Source of the DNA: a virus | Taxonomy: Duplodnaviria; Caudoviricetes | DNA length: 43,340 nucleotides | Virus record (IMG/VR): IMGVR_UViG_3300029145_000007 | Span: 1-43,340 of that record | Direction: 5' to 3' (one strand) | Made by a program: the position numbers and the translations under genes | Notes under the pieces: model-generated | The model's input: the letters and a program-made list of their open reading frames with translations, nothing else | What the model was told of the DNA's origin: nothing | The model's database searches: none | Shown: one piece after another, positions 1 to 7,895 of the stretch | How positions within the stretch are numbered: position 1 is the stretch's first letter | Layout of the letters: each line of letters begins with the position of its first letter

Positions 1-132
1 CCACTCGATCCAATACTCAAACTCCCTGATAAAGTCGAAAGAGCATTTCTCAAAGTCGAATCCGTCGCTTGTCGCATTGCTCGCGCTTACGATATCGCTT
101 TCCCTGATCGTCACGTATTCAAAATCACTCAT
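1..132 (-). CDS. Hypothetical protein, 5' part (runs off window)
   Basis: ATG at 132; frame is open to base 1 (MSDFEYVTIRESDIVSASNATSDGFDFEKCSFDFIREFEYWIEW...). Confidence 0.6.
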   Translation of the reverse strand, partial: MSDFEYVTIRESDIVSASNATSDGFDFEKCSFDFIREFEYWIEW

Positions 133-166
133 TGCGCTATGGTTTCTCTTTTTTGAGTTTCCGGAG

Positions 167-361
167 CTATCCGCCCTCGTAAATGTGGGCTCGGATTGCC
201 GCGTCCTTTGACTCAATGAGCTTTCTAAGCGCGACCGTTCTCTCGGGACCCGCGGGGATAGAATCCGCTATGAAATGCGCGAGATCGTGAAATCTTTTTG
301 AGATAGGCCTTTGTGCCGACTTTAGATGATCGTAAGCAAAAAACTTGAGCAAACGATCCAC
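167..361 (-). CDS. Small conserved phage helical-hairpin protein, Acb2/Tad1-like candidate
   Basis: Motif FFAYDHL...PISKRFHDLA...PERTVALRKLIESKDAAIRA. Probable GTG start at 361 (ORF extends to 484). Confidence 0.6.
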   Translation of the reverse strand: MDRLLKFFAYDHLKSAQRPISKRFHDLAHFIADSIPAGPERTVALRKLIESKDAAIRAHIYEGG

Positions 362-489
362 TTGGGGGGCATCGTAAAGGGCTTTCGAGAAAGAAAGAAA
401 ACGGAGCCGTAATTCCCTAAAGGCATTTCCAAGCCTTTCGACTCCGCATTTCAAAGAAAGAATCGTTCCCGCGACCTTTGGCAATTTTC

Positions 490-855
490 TTACTCCGTTT
501 CGTTTTCGGAGCTTGTTTCGTCCGAGGAATCCTCTTGGTTTCCATCGCTTTCCGTGGAATCCGTGGAATTCTCTTGGTTTTCGGATTCGTCGTCGCCTGG
601 CGAATCCGTCTCCTCCGTTGTTTCCTCTGTTTTTGGCTGTAAGGTATCGCCTCGGTTCAAAACTTGGACATCCGATCCAACAATCGCGAATCTCTTGTCC
701 GCTCGTCCGCCAATTCCGGAATTCAACTTGACGACGTAAATCTCTCCGTCGCTCGCCGTAAATGTTCCGTAATATCCCAATTGCTCGCCGTCATATTCCC
801 CATCCGGAATAGCCTCGACGCCACATGATTTGTAAGCATCACAACCGCTTATCAT
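490..855 (-). CDS. Hypothetical protein with acidic disordered C-terminus
   Basis: 121 aa ORF, in operon, D/E/S-rich tail. Confidence 0.75.
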   Translation of the reverse strand: MISGCDAYKSCGVEAIPDGEYDGEQLGYYGTFTASDGEIYVVKLNSGIGGRADKRFAIVGSDVQVLNRGDTLQPKTEETTEETDSPGDDESENQENSTDSTESDGNQEDSSDETSSENETE

Positions 856-891
856 AGAAACTCCAATAAAGAAAAAAGTTAGTAACTCGGC

Positions 892-1284
892 TCAACTGCC
901 GTTTTGGTGAGTTGAGGGGACCGGATTCTCCTCCGTTACTTCTTTGATATCAAACCAAAATTTGTCCCCTCCGATATCTCGGAGATCATTCATTTCGAGA
1001 GATCCCAACTCGAATGAAATTTTAAGCGACGCCGTCTCCTTTTTGTCGTCGTAACCCGTTTTCCCTGCTTTAAAAGGACCGATGATCCGAAATCGGTCAA
1101 CGCCTTTTATTTGCTTTTGGGTCGGTTTGTCGTCCCCTTGGTAGAGAGTACCGGTAAGGAACTTTTTCGACATTGAGAGAGCCGATTTAAACGCATCCGC
1201 GCCGAGACCCTTCGTCGAAAATTCGATCGTGAGAGACGGAGTTCCGCTTGAGAATGAGATCGTTTTTCCGATCGTCACAATCAT
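892..1284 (-). CDS. Hypothetical protein
   Basis: 130 aa ORF downstream of a promoter, GGAG upstream. Confidence 0.75.
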   Translation of the reverse strand: MIVTIGKTISFSSGTPSLTIEFSTKGLGADAFKSALSMSKKFLTGTLYQGDDKPTQKQIKGVDRFRIIGPFKAGKTGYDDKKETASLKISFELGSLEMNDLRDIGGDKFWFDIKEVTEENPVPSTHQNGS

Positions 1285-1320
1285 TTTTTGCTTTTACTCC
1301 ATATGAGAATTGATAAAACA

Positions 1321-1361
1321 AGGATATCGATCTCGAGGAGTCTTGTAAACTACTATTTACA
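1321..1361 (-). promoter_or_regulatory. Sigma70-like promoter overlapped by operator TGTAAA-CTACTA-TTTACA (1344-1361)
   Basis: Minus strand TTTACA-17-TATCCT; the 18-bp box has perfect 6-bp inverted arms. Confidence 0.6.
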
Positions 1362-1362
1362 T

Positions 1363-1420
1363 AAAAATAGCGGAGTCGAGAATCAAGTCCGGAAAGAGAA
1401 CTCTTAAACTCGTACTCCGC
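1363..1420 (-). terminator. Large-loop hairpin plus U-rich tract ending the 3366-1432 operon
   Basis: GCGGAGT(A)CGAG...CTCGACTCCGC followed by TATTTTT on the minus strand. Confidence 0.5.
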
Positions 1421-1431
1421 AAACGGAAATA

Positions 1432-1608
1432 TCAAAGTAGTATTTCAGCCGCCAACCAGAAGAATCCGAGAGCGCAGACAAAAACCAATGTTGAGAGCGT
1501 CGCCACCAAGAGCCAGTAAAAGAGATAGATCGTCCATCGGACCAATAGGCAATAATTCGAAACGTTCTGCCTTAAACTCTTGTAACTCGCAACGGGATCT
1601 ATATTCAT
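1432..1608 (-). CDS. Small membrane protein (58 aa), not in ORF track
   Basis: ATGA overlap with the upstream stop; MNIDPVASYKSLRQNVSNYCLLVRWTIYLFYWLLVATLSTLVFVCALGFFWLAAEILL. Confidence 0.7.
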   Translation of the reverse strand: MNIDPVASYKSLRQNVSNYCLLVRWTIYLFYWLLVATLSTLVFVCALGFFWLAAEILL

Positions 1609-2876
1609 TTTGCCGGATCATAGAAAACGACGTATTTCGTCGGCTCTTGGTACTCAATGACGTATAGCGCGACCGTTGAGGACTCTCTTTCTCTGATCTC
1701 GTAACAACGAATAATTTTGTCCACTTTTGCCGCCTCCTCGTCGATCCAAAAGGGATCATCCCACACGTAAGGAGACGAGGTCGACTTTTCGATCTCGTGA
1801 GCGTCAAAGGCCTTTCCGTCAAATCGACCGACCTCGAAAACCTTGGGAGGAGCGGGAGGGGAGCATTTCAAGACGTCTCGACAAACCAACTCGACCACTT
1901 GCCGAGCATCCTTGAATTTATCCGGCAACGATTGCCATTGACCATCGACATTTTTACAAACGCTGAATTCGTCCCAATCGACCTCCTCTCGGTCCGCCGC
2001 GTAAGCCTCCGCCACGAAAACGGAATATTCTCGGAGGTTGTTTTCGTCCTCTTTCCCAAACTGGAAAATCGGGTTTGCGTCATTGTTCCAAGAGACGTCC
2101 TCAAAGCCTTTTCCGAGAAGATATCCGATCAACCATCCGTTGTATTCATAATCGGGGAATTGGTGTCGAAATGCGAGAGATATCGATTCGCTTTCGCCGT
2201 ATCCGAGGCCTTTGTCCTCATCCTGAATATAAGCGTCGATCGAATCCCAAGATTCGCCGGTTATCGTGATTTGATCGTCTGAGTTGTGAATCCCGATGAT
2301 CTTTCCATCGGACTCGACTCGATAAAGGAAATGGACGCAACCTCCGCCGGAATGCCAGCAAGTTGACTCCGAGAAAACGACGCTCTCGTCATATCTTGCC
2401 GCGGCGAATCCCGAGGCCAATCCGAAAGCAATTTTTCCGGCGATATAGCCGCCGATTCGGTCACGAATAAAAAACTTGTTTGATTTGGCGATATCCCAAG
2501 CCGCGTTGTAAAACTCCGTAATCTCCTCCGACGCCGGTCCAAATATCCCATTCATGCAATCAAGGATAATTTGGTTTGCGTCGCAAAAATCATGGCTTGC
2601 GCACGAGAATTCATCGTTATTCGCCTCGTTCCTTTCGTTGACCTCTTGGAGACATCGACGACCCAATTCGTCGTAAAGCTTACAAGAGAAATCGATCGCT
2701 AACTCCTCGGGACTCGAGCAAATTTCGACCCTTTGGGCTTGTTTTCCTGTTTGGCGGTAATACTCATCCTCGACCCCTTGGAGATCGCTTTCCTCGAGTT
2801 GAGGGATTGAGAAAAGGCTCTCGCCGTCGACAGTCTCAAGAGGGTTTCCGTTTTCGTCGGTAACGATGGTTTTCAT
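1605..2876 (-). CDS. Acidic multi-domain early protein (423 aa)
   Basis: Likely ATG at 2876. Blocks CASHDFCDAN, WHSGGGC and GFEDVSWNNDANP resemble separate small phage domains. Confidence 0.75.
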   Translation of the reverse strand: MKTIVTDENGNPLETVDGESLFSIPQLEESDLQGVEDEYYRQTGKQAQRVEICSSPEELAIDFSCKLYDELGRRCLQEVNERNEANNDEFSCASHDFCDANQIILDCMNGIFGPASEEITEFYNAAWDIAKSNKFFIRDRIGGYIAGKIAFGLASGFAAARYDESVVFSESTCWHSGGGCVHFLYRVESDGKIIGIHNSDDQITITGESWDSIDAYIQDEDKGLGYGESESISLAFRHQFPDYEYNGWLIGYLLGKGFEDVSWNNDANPIFQFGKEDENNLREYSVFVAEAYAADREEVDWDEFSVCKNVDGQWQSLPDKFKDARQVVELVCRDVLKCSPPAPPKVFEVGRFDGKAFDAHEIEKSTSSPYVWDDPFWIDEEAAKVDKIIRCYEIRERESSTVALYVIEYQEPTKYVVFYDPAK

Positions 2877-2922
2877 AATATTTCCGTTTGAAAGAGTAAG
2901 AGAAAAATCCTCGAGACTTGGA

Positions 2923-2966
2923 GTCGTTTGCGGACTCGGACGAAATTCGTCGTTTGCGGACTCGGA
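2923..2966. repeat. Two 18-bp direct repeats GTCGTTTGCGGACTCGGA
   Basis: Exact copies at 2923-2940 and 2949-2966. Confidence 0.95.
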
Positions 2967-3039
2967 AACCAAGCCTCGAGGATGCCCTCCGTCGCACTTC
3001 GCAAGATCCGAGGGAGGGCGACCTCGGGGAAGTATCAAC

Positions 3040-3366
3040 CTATTTCAATTCACTTTCGTTGATTTGGACGTAAACGGTTGAGCCATTGCTCCCGCCGGAT
3101 GATTTCTCATACAAATATTTGTATTCGATATGTAAAGCGTCTCCCTTATCCCAACCCGCTCGAATTGTTACCGACAACGACGAAAAGATCGGAGCAACCG
3201 GTCCACACGTTTTAGGGGATAGTTTGTGATTTCCGAGGTCGACCCAACTCAAATCCAAATCTTTTGCGTCGACAATTTCGACCGTTACTCCTAAATCGTC
3301 AAAAATACGGCTTTCGACAACGCCCTTTACTAACTCGTTGGTAATGCTCATTTGAGAAACTTCCAT
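3040..3366 (-). CDS. Hypothetical protein
   Basis: 108 aa ORF (start may be 3351), first gene after a promoter. Confidence 0.75.
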   Translation of the reverse strand: MEVSQMSITNELVKGVVESRIFDDLGVTVEIVDAKDLDLSWVDLGNHKLSPKTCGPVAPIFSSLSVTIRAGWDKGDALHIEYKYLYEKSSGGSNGSTVYVQINESELK

Positions 3367-3405
3367 TTGTGAGATTGACTTGCTCGGAGTGCGACGTCCG
3401 ACTTA

Positions 3406-3442
3406 TGTAAACTACTCTATACAATCATTCGGCATTGATCAA
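3406..3442 (-). promoter_or_regulatory. Promoter TTGATC-17-TAGAGT with operator TGTAAA-CTACTC-TATACA (3406-3423)
   Basis: Intergenic; box is a 16/18 match to the one at 1344-1361. Confidence 0.55.
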
Positions 3443-3648
3443 GCCGAATCGGAGAACATTTTCGAAATAATCTCTTTCTCCCTTTCTTCTCGTAATTTGC
3501 GACCCGCCTCCGCCATCTTTTCCCGAGAATCTTTGGCCAGGATCTCGTCGAGTTCCCCCGTAATCCAACATTTTTGGCAGAATTCGAGACCCGCCGACCC
3601 TTCGACTCGAATCGATTTGACCTCTATCCCGTGTTTACACTTGACCAT
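3439..3648 (-). CDS. Small Zn-finger-like hypothetical protein
   Basis: CKHG...CQKC, 69 aa. Confidence 0.65.
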   Translation of the reverse strand: MVKCKHGIEVKSIRVEGSAGLEFCQKCWITGELDEILAKDSREKMAEAGRKLREEREKEIISKMFSDSA

Positions 3649-3652
3649 TTTT

Positions 3653-4162
3653 CTAGCTCCACTGAATACCGCGATTTACTTGATAGACAATATTGTCGAG
3701 CGTCCGAGCCATACAATCCGGACATTTAAAGAGTAATCTCATTTTCTGGACTTGCTCGGGAGTGAAAAAGCCGAATTTCTCACAATCGAACGAGTCACAA
3801 TCGACCCTATGCTTAAACTCGATTCGAGTTATCTCGGTATCGGGTCGGATTGGCTTTCGTTTCGTCCCCATTTCGCAAAACATATCAATAAAGCCTTGAT
3901 TGTCGAGATCCGGAAATCCCTCTCTCGTGGCGCCGTGTGGCTCGTCGAGGATCTTCTCGAGAGGCTCGAGTCGGACGTCAACGACTTTGATCTCGTGAAT
4001 TTGGACGACCGATTCCCCTCGCTTGAGACCTTGACCTTTCTCAATGGCGACGAGGACCTTATCCGGCTTGAGGTTTTTCCAGCTGTCGAGCCGTCGAGTA
4101 ACGTCTTTCGTTCTCGCGTACATTGGACCGACCGTCTTTGAAAATGCCATATTCATAATCAA
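3653..4162 (-). CDS. ASCH domain protein with C-terminal Cys cluster
   Basis: TKDVTRR..W..LKP, IKVVDVRLEPL, A.REGF...FIDMF and TRIEF motifs; C-terminal CDSFDC...CPDC. Confidence 0.8.
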   Translation of the reverse strand: MIMNMAFSKTVGPMYARTKDVTRRLDSWKNLKPDKVLVAIEKGQGLKRGESVVQIHEIKVVDVRLEPLEKILDEPHGATREGFPDLDNQGFIDMFCEMGTKRKPIRPDTEITRIEFKHRVDCDSFDCEKFGFFTPEQVQKMRLLFKCPDCMARTLDNIVYQVNRGIQWS

Positions 4163-5724
4163 CCAATCAAAAGTGAATTACATTGAAAGCCCTCGTTTCC
4201 ATTTCCCTCGATCGCTTCCATTTTCTTTAGCCTCGCGAGAGCCGTCGAAAAGCTTCCCGATTGGGAATATCCAGTCCCCTCCGAGATCTCCTCTCGAGAC
4301 TTCAAGTCGTCCGCCTCGAGGAGAAAGTCGAGAATCTTCTTTTCGCAAGTATTGAGCTTTTCTTTGAGCCAAACAACGAGATCCGATCCCTCGGGTTTTG
4401 GGTCGGAATACTGAGAGACGACCCGAGTCCCCTCCGCGGTCAATTTCAAGCCGTCGAGATACCCTCGTTTTCGGAGAGTTCCAATCGCCGTACTAAACGA
4501 ACCCGATTGACGATATCCGGAGTAAAGAGAGATTTTCGAGAGGTCGATAACCTCGTCGTCTTTGATCCAAAAAGCCGCCTGTAAAATCTTCGATTCTGCC
4601 TTTGAGAGATCGTCCGGAATTGCGGCCGGCGAGACCTTTGGAGTCTTTGGCTCGGTCTTTACCGCTCCGTTTTTGCTTGGTTTCAAAACGACCGAGGGGA
4701 TATGACGTTTGGGCCCCACTGTGACAATTTCCGAGATCCTCGAGAGAGTTTCCTCAAAGACGGATATCCGATTTTTGAGCTCTTGATTCTCTTTCTCGAG
4801 ACGCTCAACCTCCGGACCATTGTTTGACGATTTCTCGAGTTGAGCGATTCTCTTTTTCAACTCCTTTGGATCGTTCGACTTGGCTCTCTTGATTGCCTCG
4901 CCGAAACTACTCTCAACCTTGTTCAAGTCGATTTCCGCAACCCTTTTCATTGCGTTGACGGATTTCCCGACCTCCGGAGTTGCGCTCGAGTCGAAAGATT
5001 TACGCTTGGGAATCTTATAGGTTTTCGCAACTTCCAATTCGCCAGGCGAAAGCACGAAAGCCGATCCTACCTCGAGTTTGGCAATCTTGCCGGTCAACTC
5101 GGTTCGCTCTTTTGCCGGTCGACCCTGATATTTGAGATAATCGTCCACCGCTCCGAGGTCTTGGGGAGCGGTCAACCTATGGAAGAAAATCGGGTCGGCT
5201 TGTGTCAATAGATCTTTGTTGAGTACCGCGGGGCGTTGAGTAATCATCGTCAATCCGATTCCTCGAGAGCGACCTCTCCGGCAAACGTTCTGCCATGCTC
5301 CCAACGATTTCGCCGCATACTTGGAGCTTTGAGGAGCGAAAAGATCCGCCTCGTCAAGGAAGATATGGACGGCGTCCCGATTGGATCTCCAAATCGTCGT
5401 AGCGAAGTCCGTCGCAAATTGCCTCATTTCGTTTTCACCCAAGAGAACGAGGTCAAACAAAACCGGAACTCTTTCATTTATCACGAATTCCGCGGCCACC
5501 TTTCCCGAGTCTTTCGAGAGCGGAATATCGCCATTGTCGCCACCGAAAACGACGACCGGATAATCGGATCGGATTCCGTACCAATCCCCTTGAGGGTCAA
5601 TTATGACGACCGGAACTCCCTCGCCGATCAACCTCTCCGCGTAGACAATTCCCGTATTCGTCTTTCCCGATCCAGTCCTCCCAAGGATCGCGCATTTCAT
5701 TCGATAGTAATCTGGAATCTTCAT
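4159..5724 (-). CDS. HerA/FtsK-superfamily (DUF87-type) ATPase with coiled coil and tandem winged-helix repeats
   Basis: Walker A GRTGSGKT, IIDPQGDW, Walker B IFLDEAD, RRGRSRG..ITQRP; two E.KIL...GY.QSGSFSTA repeats. Confidence 0.88.
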   Translation of the reverse strand: MKIPDYYRMKCAILGRTGSGKTNTGIVYAERLIGEGVPVVIIDPQGDWYGIRSDYPVVVFGGDNGDIPLSKDSGKVAAEFVINERVPVLFDLVLLGENEMRQFATDFATTIWRSNRDAVHIFLDEADLFAPQSSKYAAKSLGAWQNVCRRGRSRGIGLTMITQRPAVLNKDLLTQADPIFFHRLTAPQDLGAVDDYLKYQGRPAKERTELTGKIAKLEVGSAFVLSPGELEVAKTYKIPKRKSFDSSATPEVGKSVNAMKRVAEIDLNKVESSFGEAIKRAKSNDPKELKKRIAQLEKSSNNGPEVERLEKENQELKNRISVFEETLSRISEIVTVGPKRHIPSVVLKPSKNGAVKTEPKTPKVSPAAIPDDLSKAESKILQAAFWIKDDEVIDLSKISLYSGYRQSGSFSTAIGTLRKRGYLDGLKLTAEGTRVVSQYSDPKPEGSDLVVWLKEKLNTCEKKILDFLLEADDLKSREEISEGTGYSQSGSFSTALARLKKMEAIEGNGNEGFQCNSLLIG

Positions 5725-6098
5725 TACGCCTCCACATACCGAGTAAGGATATAAACCGAATGATCTCCGATAACATCAACGACCGCCGTATTCCCTGCCT
5801 CGTTGTGCAATGCGACCCAAACGGGGGTTGATTCGTCGACGTCATACTCGCCGCCCTTGTACCCCGTTACCGACGAATTAGTCATCGGCTTAATTGCCTC
5901 GATGAGCTCCGCGACGGTCAACGCTTCTTTTTCGTTTCCGTACTCGAGCGCGAGATCTTCGTAATAACCTCGATAACTGTAAATATCGCCGGTCGGTCGA
6001 AAGTGGGCAAAATCGAAATAAACGTTTGCCTCGGGATCTTTCCTCTCGAGAGCCGCGATCAACTCGCCGAGATCCATTTGGTTTCTATGTTTTTTCAT
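5724..6098 (-). CDS. Conserved phage hypothetical protein
   Basis: LGELIAALE...SYRGYYEDLA...GYKGGEY motifs; coupled to the ATPase gene. Confidence 0.8.
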   Translation of the reverse strand: MKKHRNQMDLGELIAALERKDPEANVYFDFAHFRPTGDIYSYRGYYEDLALEYGNEKEALTVAELIEAIKPMTNSSVTGYKGGEYDVDESTPVWVALHNEAGNTAVVDVIGDHSVYILTRYVEA

Positions 6099-6105
6099 CG
6101 TTCAA

Positions 6106-6123
6106 AGTGGCAACGTTGCCACT
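6106..6123. repeat. Perfect 18-bp palindrome AGTGGCAACGTTGCCACT
   Basis: Read directly; 16 nt are identical at 39660-39675. Confidence 0.9.
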
Positions 6124-6292
6124 ACTCCGTAAGGGTTTCGATCGTTGCTTTTACCATATGAACGTCGGAAACGTTCTCGTCGGCAAACCGGAAAGCGATC
6201 CCGTCGGAACAAGAATGAATCTCAACGTCCCAAGTCATCAGGACTCGACGGAGATCAAAAAGAAAGCAATCTCGAGTTGCTTTGGGAGTCAA
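6122..6292 (-). CDS. Small hypothetical protein (56 aa), not in ORF track
   Basis: TTG start; MTPKATRDCFLFDLRRVLMTWDVEIHSCSDGIAFRFADENVSDVHMVKATIETLTE. Confidence 0.5.
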   Translation of the reverse strand: MTPKATRDCFLFDLRRVLMTWDVEIHSCSDGIAFRFADENVSDVHMVKATIETLTE

Positions 6293-6299
6293 TTCAACG

Positions 6300-6585
6300 T
6301 TAGCGCGCCCAGCTGATACGCGCCCCTCTGTCTCCTACCGTTGGTCGTCGACGTCTTTACTCATAACTGACTTTCTTTGTTGGTTTGAGCGCGCTCCGCT
6401 CCCCATGCGCGAAAGACAGTTTTGTCCGATCTTTGCGAGAGGAAAACGGAGCGCGATTTGACTTTCTTCGTCGGAATCACTTGTCCGCCGCCGGTCCCAT
6501 GACTTCCCGACGTAACTTGATTTCGCTCAAGTTTCCCAAAAGCGCGAATCATTCGACGATTTGCGAGTTTCCCTCTCGTCAGCCT
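6300..6585 (-). ncRNA. Candidate structured leader / non-coding RNA
   Basis: Follows a near-consensus promoter and contains several stems (see findings). Confidence 0.45.
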
Positions 6586-6588
6586 CGA

Positions 6589-6630
6589 GTTATAATCTCG
6601 ATTGTCCGATCGTGTCAATCATTCTTTACG
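6589..6630 (-). promoter_or_regulatory. Promoter TTGACA-18-TATAAC; -35 embedded in box TGTCAA-TCATTC-TTTACG (6613-6630)
   Basis: Near-consensus sigma70 hexamers in an intergenic region. Confidence 0.7.
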
Positions 6631-6655
6631 TTGGTTGACCTGATTATTTGCCAAA

Positions 6656-6701
6656 TAGCCGGTTCTCGAACCATGACTCGGGAACCGGCTAACTCTTTTT
6701 T
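6656..6701 (+). terminator. Plus-strand intrinsic terminator-like hairpin
   Basis: 14-bp stem TAGCCGGTTCTCGA/TCGGGAACCGGCTA (G-U pair valid only on +), then a T-run. Confidence 0.6.
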
Positions 6702-7044
6702 ATGACCAACTCGGGACAATACCGAATTTGATCTCGGAATCAATCTCCTCGTTTTGTAGTTGTTTTCTGAGTTCCCTCGTCACTTCCAAAAAGTCTCGAA
6801 TCTCGTCCTCAAATTTCCCCAATTCAACGAGGGGACATTCCGACGTTTTGTCAAAGCAACATTGACGACCGGCAAAATGGTTCGAATTTGGGACGAGGAT
6901 CAACGGCTCGTCGGCGTTCGTTGCCTCTCCCCTCCCTTCCATCAATTCCGATTCGTAAGCCTCATAATTGAAAGACTTGTCGTCAATCTCGATATACGGT
7001 CCGACGTAAACTCCAAAGTCCATACTCATTTTCATTCGCTCCAA
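6700..7044 (-). CDS. Hypothetical protein
   Basis: 114 aa coupled ORF. Confidence 0.7.
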   Translation of the reverse strand: MERMKMSMDFGVYVGPYIEIDDKSFNYEAYESELMEGRGEATNADEPLILVPNSNHFAGRQCCFDKTSECPLVELGKFEDEIRDFLEVTRELRKQLQNEEIDSEIKFGIVPSWS

Positions 7045-7376
7045 ACGTCAAGGTTATATTTCTGCAAAATCCAGCCAATCCCGACGAGTAGGACCTCGCC
7101 ACAATTGAACCGGTCGCGACAAGCATCCGTCGCGATATCGGAATACGAGACTTGGATAATCCTCGACTCCAATTCCGCGCGAAAAGCCCACTCAATCGCC
7201 GACGCGTCGCATTCGTCGGAATTGCATCCCTCCGCGGGATTGTTGTACTCTTGCGGACCGTGTTTCGGACAAACGACGTATTCGTAGCCGTAATAAAAAT
7301 TCCCTTGTCTCGTCCGCATGACGGCATAATCCGAGCCGATCCTTATCTCGGGTCGCCTAAGATTCTGATCAATCAA
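7032..7376 (-). CDS. Hypothetical Cys-containing protein
   Basis: Probable TTG start at 7376 overlapping the upstream stop. Confidence 0.6.
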   Translation of the reverse strand: MIDQNLRRPEIRIGSDYAVMRTRQGNFYYGYEYVVCPKHGPQEYNNPAEGCNSDECDASAIEWAFRAELESRIIQVSYSDIATDACRDRFNCGEVLLVGIGWILQKYNLDVWSE

Positions 7377-7866
7377 CGGGCTCGCCCTCTGCCTTTGTTG
7401 ATACTGTCGAGACGCTCTCGTTTGACCGAGCGAAAGCGTCGTCGAATTCCTTGTTTTGAGCCTGATTCCAGCGATCGAGATTTCCTTGCGTGATTTGCTG
7501 GTAAGCCTCATAGACCATCATGCAACCTTTAGCCGATGGGTATTGGAAAAGCTCCGGATTGAGATCGTCCTCGCTCTTTCCTACCTCGAAAAGGATTTCT
7601 TGGTAATACAATTCGGAATCCCACAAAACCCAATCAGCACAACGGACCGACAAAACGGAGGAATTGAACTCGACGAAAACTCCCTCGATTCCGGCATTCT
7701 CGAGAATCATCAAAGCTTGATGAGCCGCGACGAGTTGATTCTCCTCATTAAAGACCGTGTCGATAGATACCGCCTCTTGGTTGACCCATTCGTTTAGTTT
7801 TTCCGGATCCGCCTCGGTCTTTTCGGCGTCGAATGTGATCATTACCGCGGTTCGTTCTTTCTTCAT
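7369..7866 (-). CDS. Hypothetical protein
   Basis: 165 aa ORF in operon. Confidence 0.7.
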   Translation of the reverse strand: MKKERTAVMITFDAEKTEADPEKLNEWVNQEAVSIDTVFNEENQLVAAHQALMILENAGIEGVFVEFNSSVLSVRCADWVLWDSELYYQEILFEVGKSEDDLNPELFQYPSAKGCMMVYEAYQQITQGNLDRWNQAQNKEFDDAFARSNESVSTVSTKAEGEPVD

Positions 7867-7895
7867 TTTCGGCTTTCTGTTTTGGATTGAGGACT

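Noticed and set aside
2923-2966. Mini-CRISPR array
   Set aside because: Only two 18-bp repeats with an 8-nt spacer, and no cas genes.
3386-3413. dif-like site (TTATGTAAACT equals a XerD-type arm)
   Set aside because: The XerC arm lacks the conserved TAA/inverted symmetry. The operator box explains the sequence better.
6122-6364. TAG read-through or recoding (MSKDVDDQR-TAG is in frame with the 56-aa ORF)
   Set aside because: Several genes end cleanly at TAG next to downstream genes, and no suppressor tRNA was seen.
6546-6582. Hammerhead-like core on the minus strand: CUGACGA-GAG/CUC-GCAA-stem III-UUC
   Set aside because: The conserved GAAA is GCAA, stem I cannot pair, and the predicted TSS leaves almost no 5' strand. 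A cleavage assay would be cheap, but it is not callable.
6361-6618. 85-aa ORF as a real gene
   Set aside because: Its TTG start coincides with the -35 hexamer, and the sequence is dominated by RNA stems.
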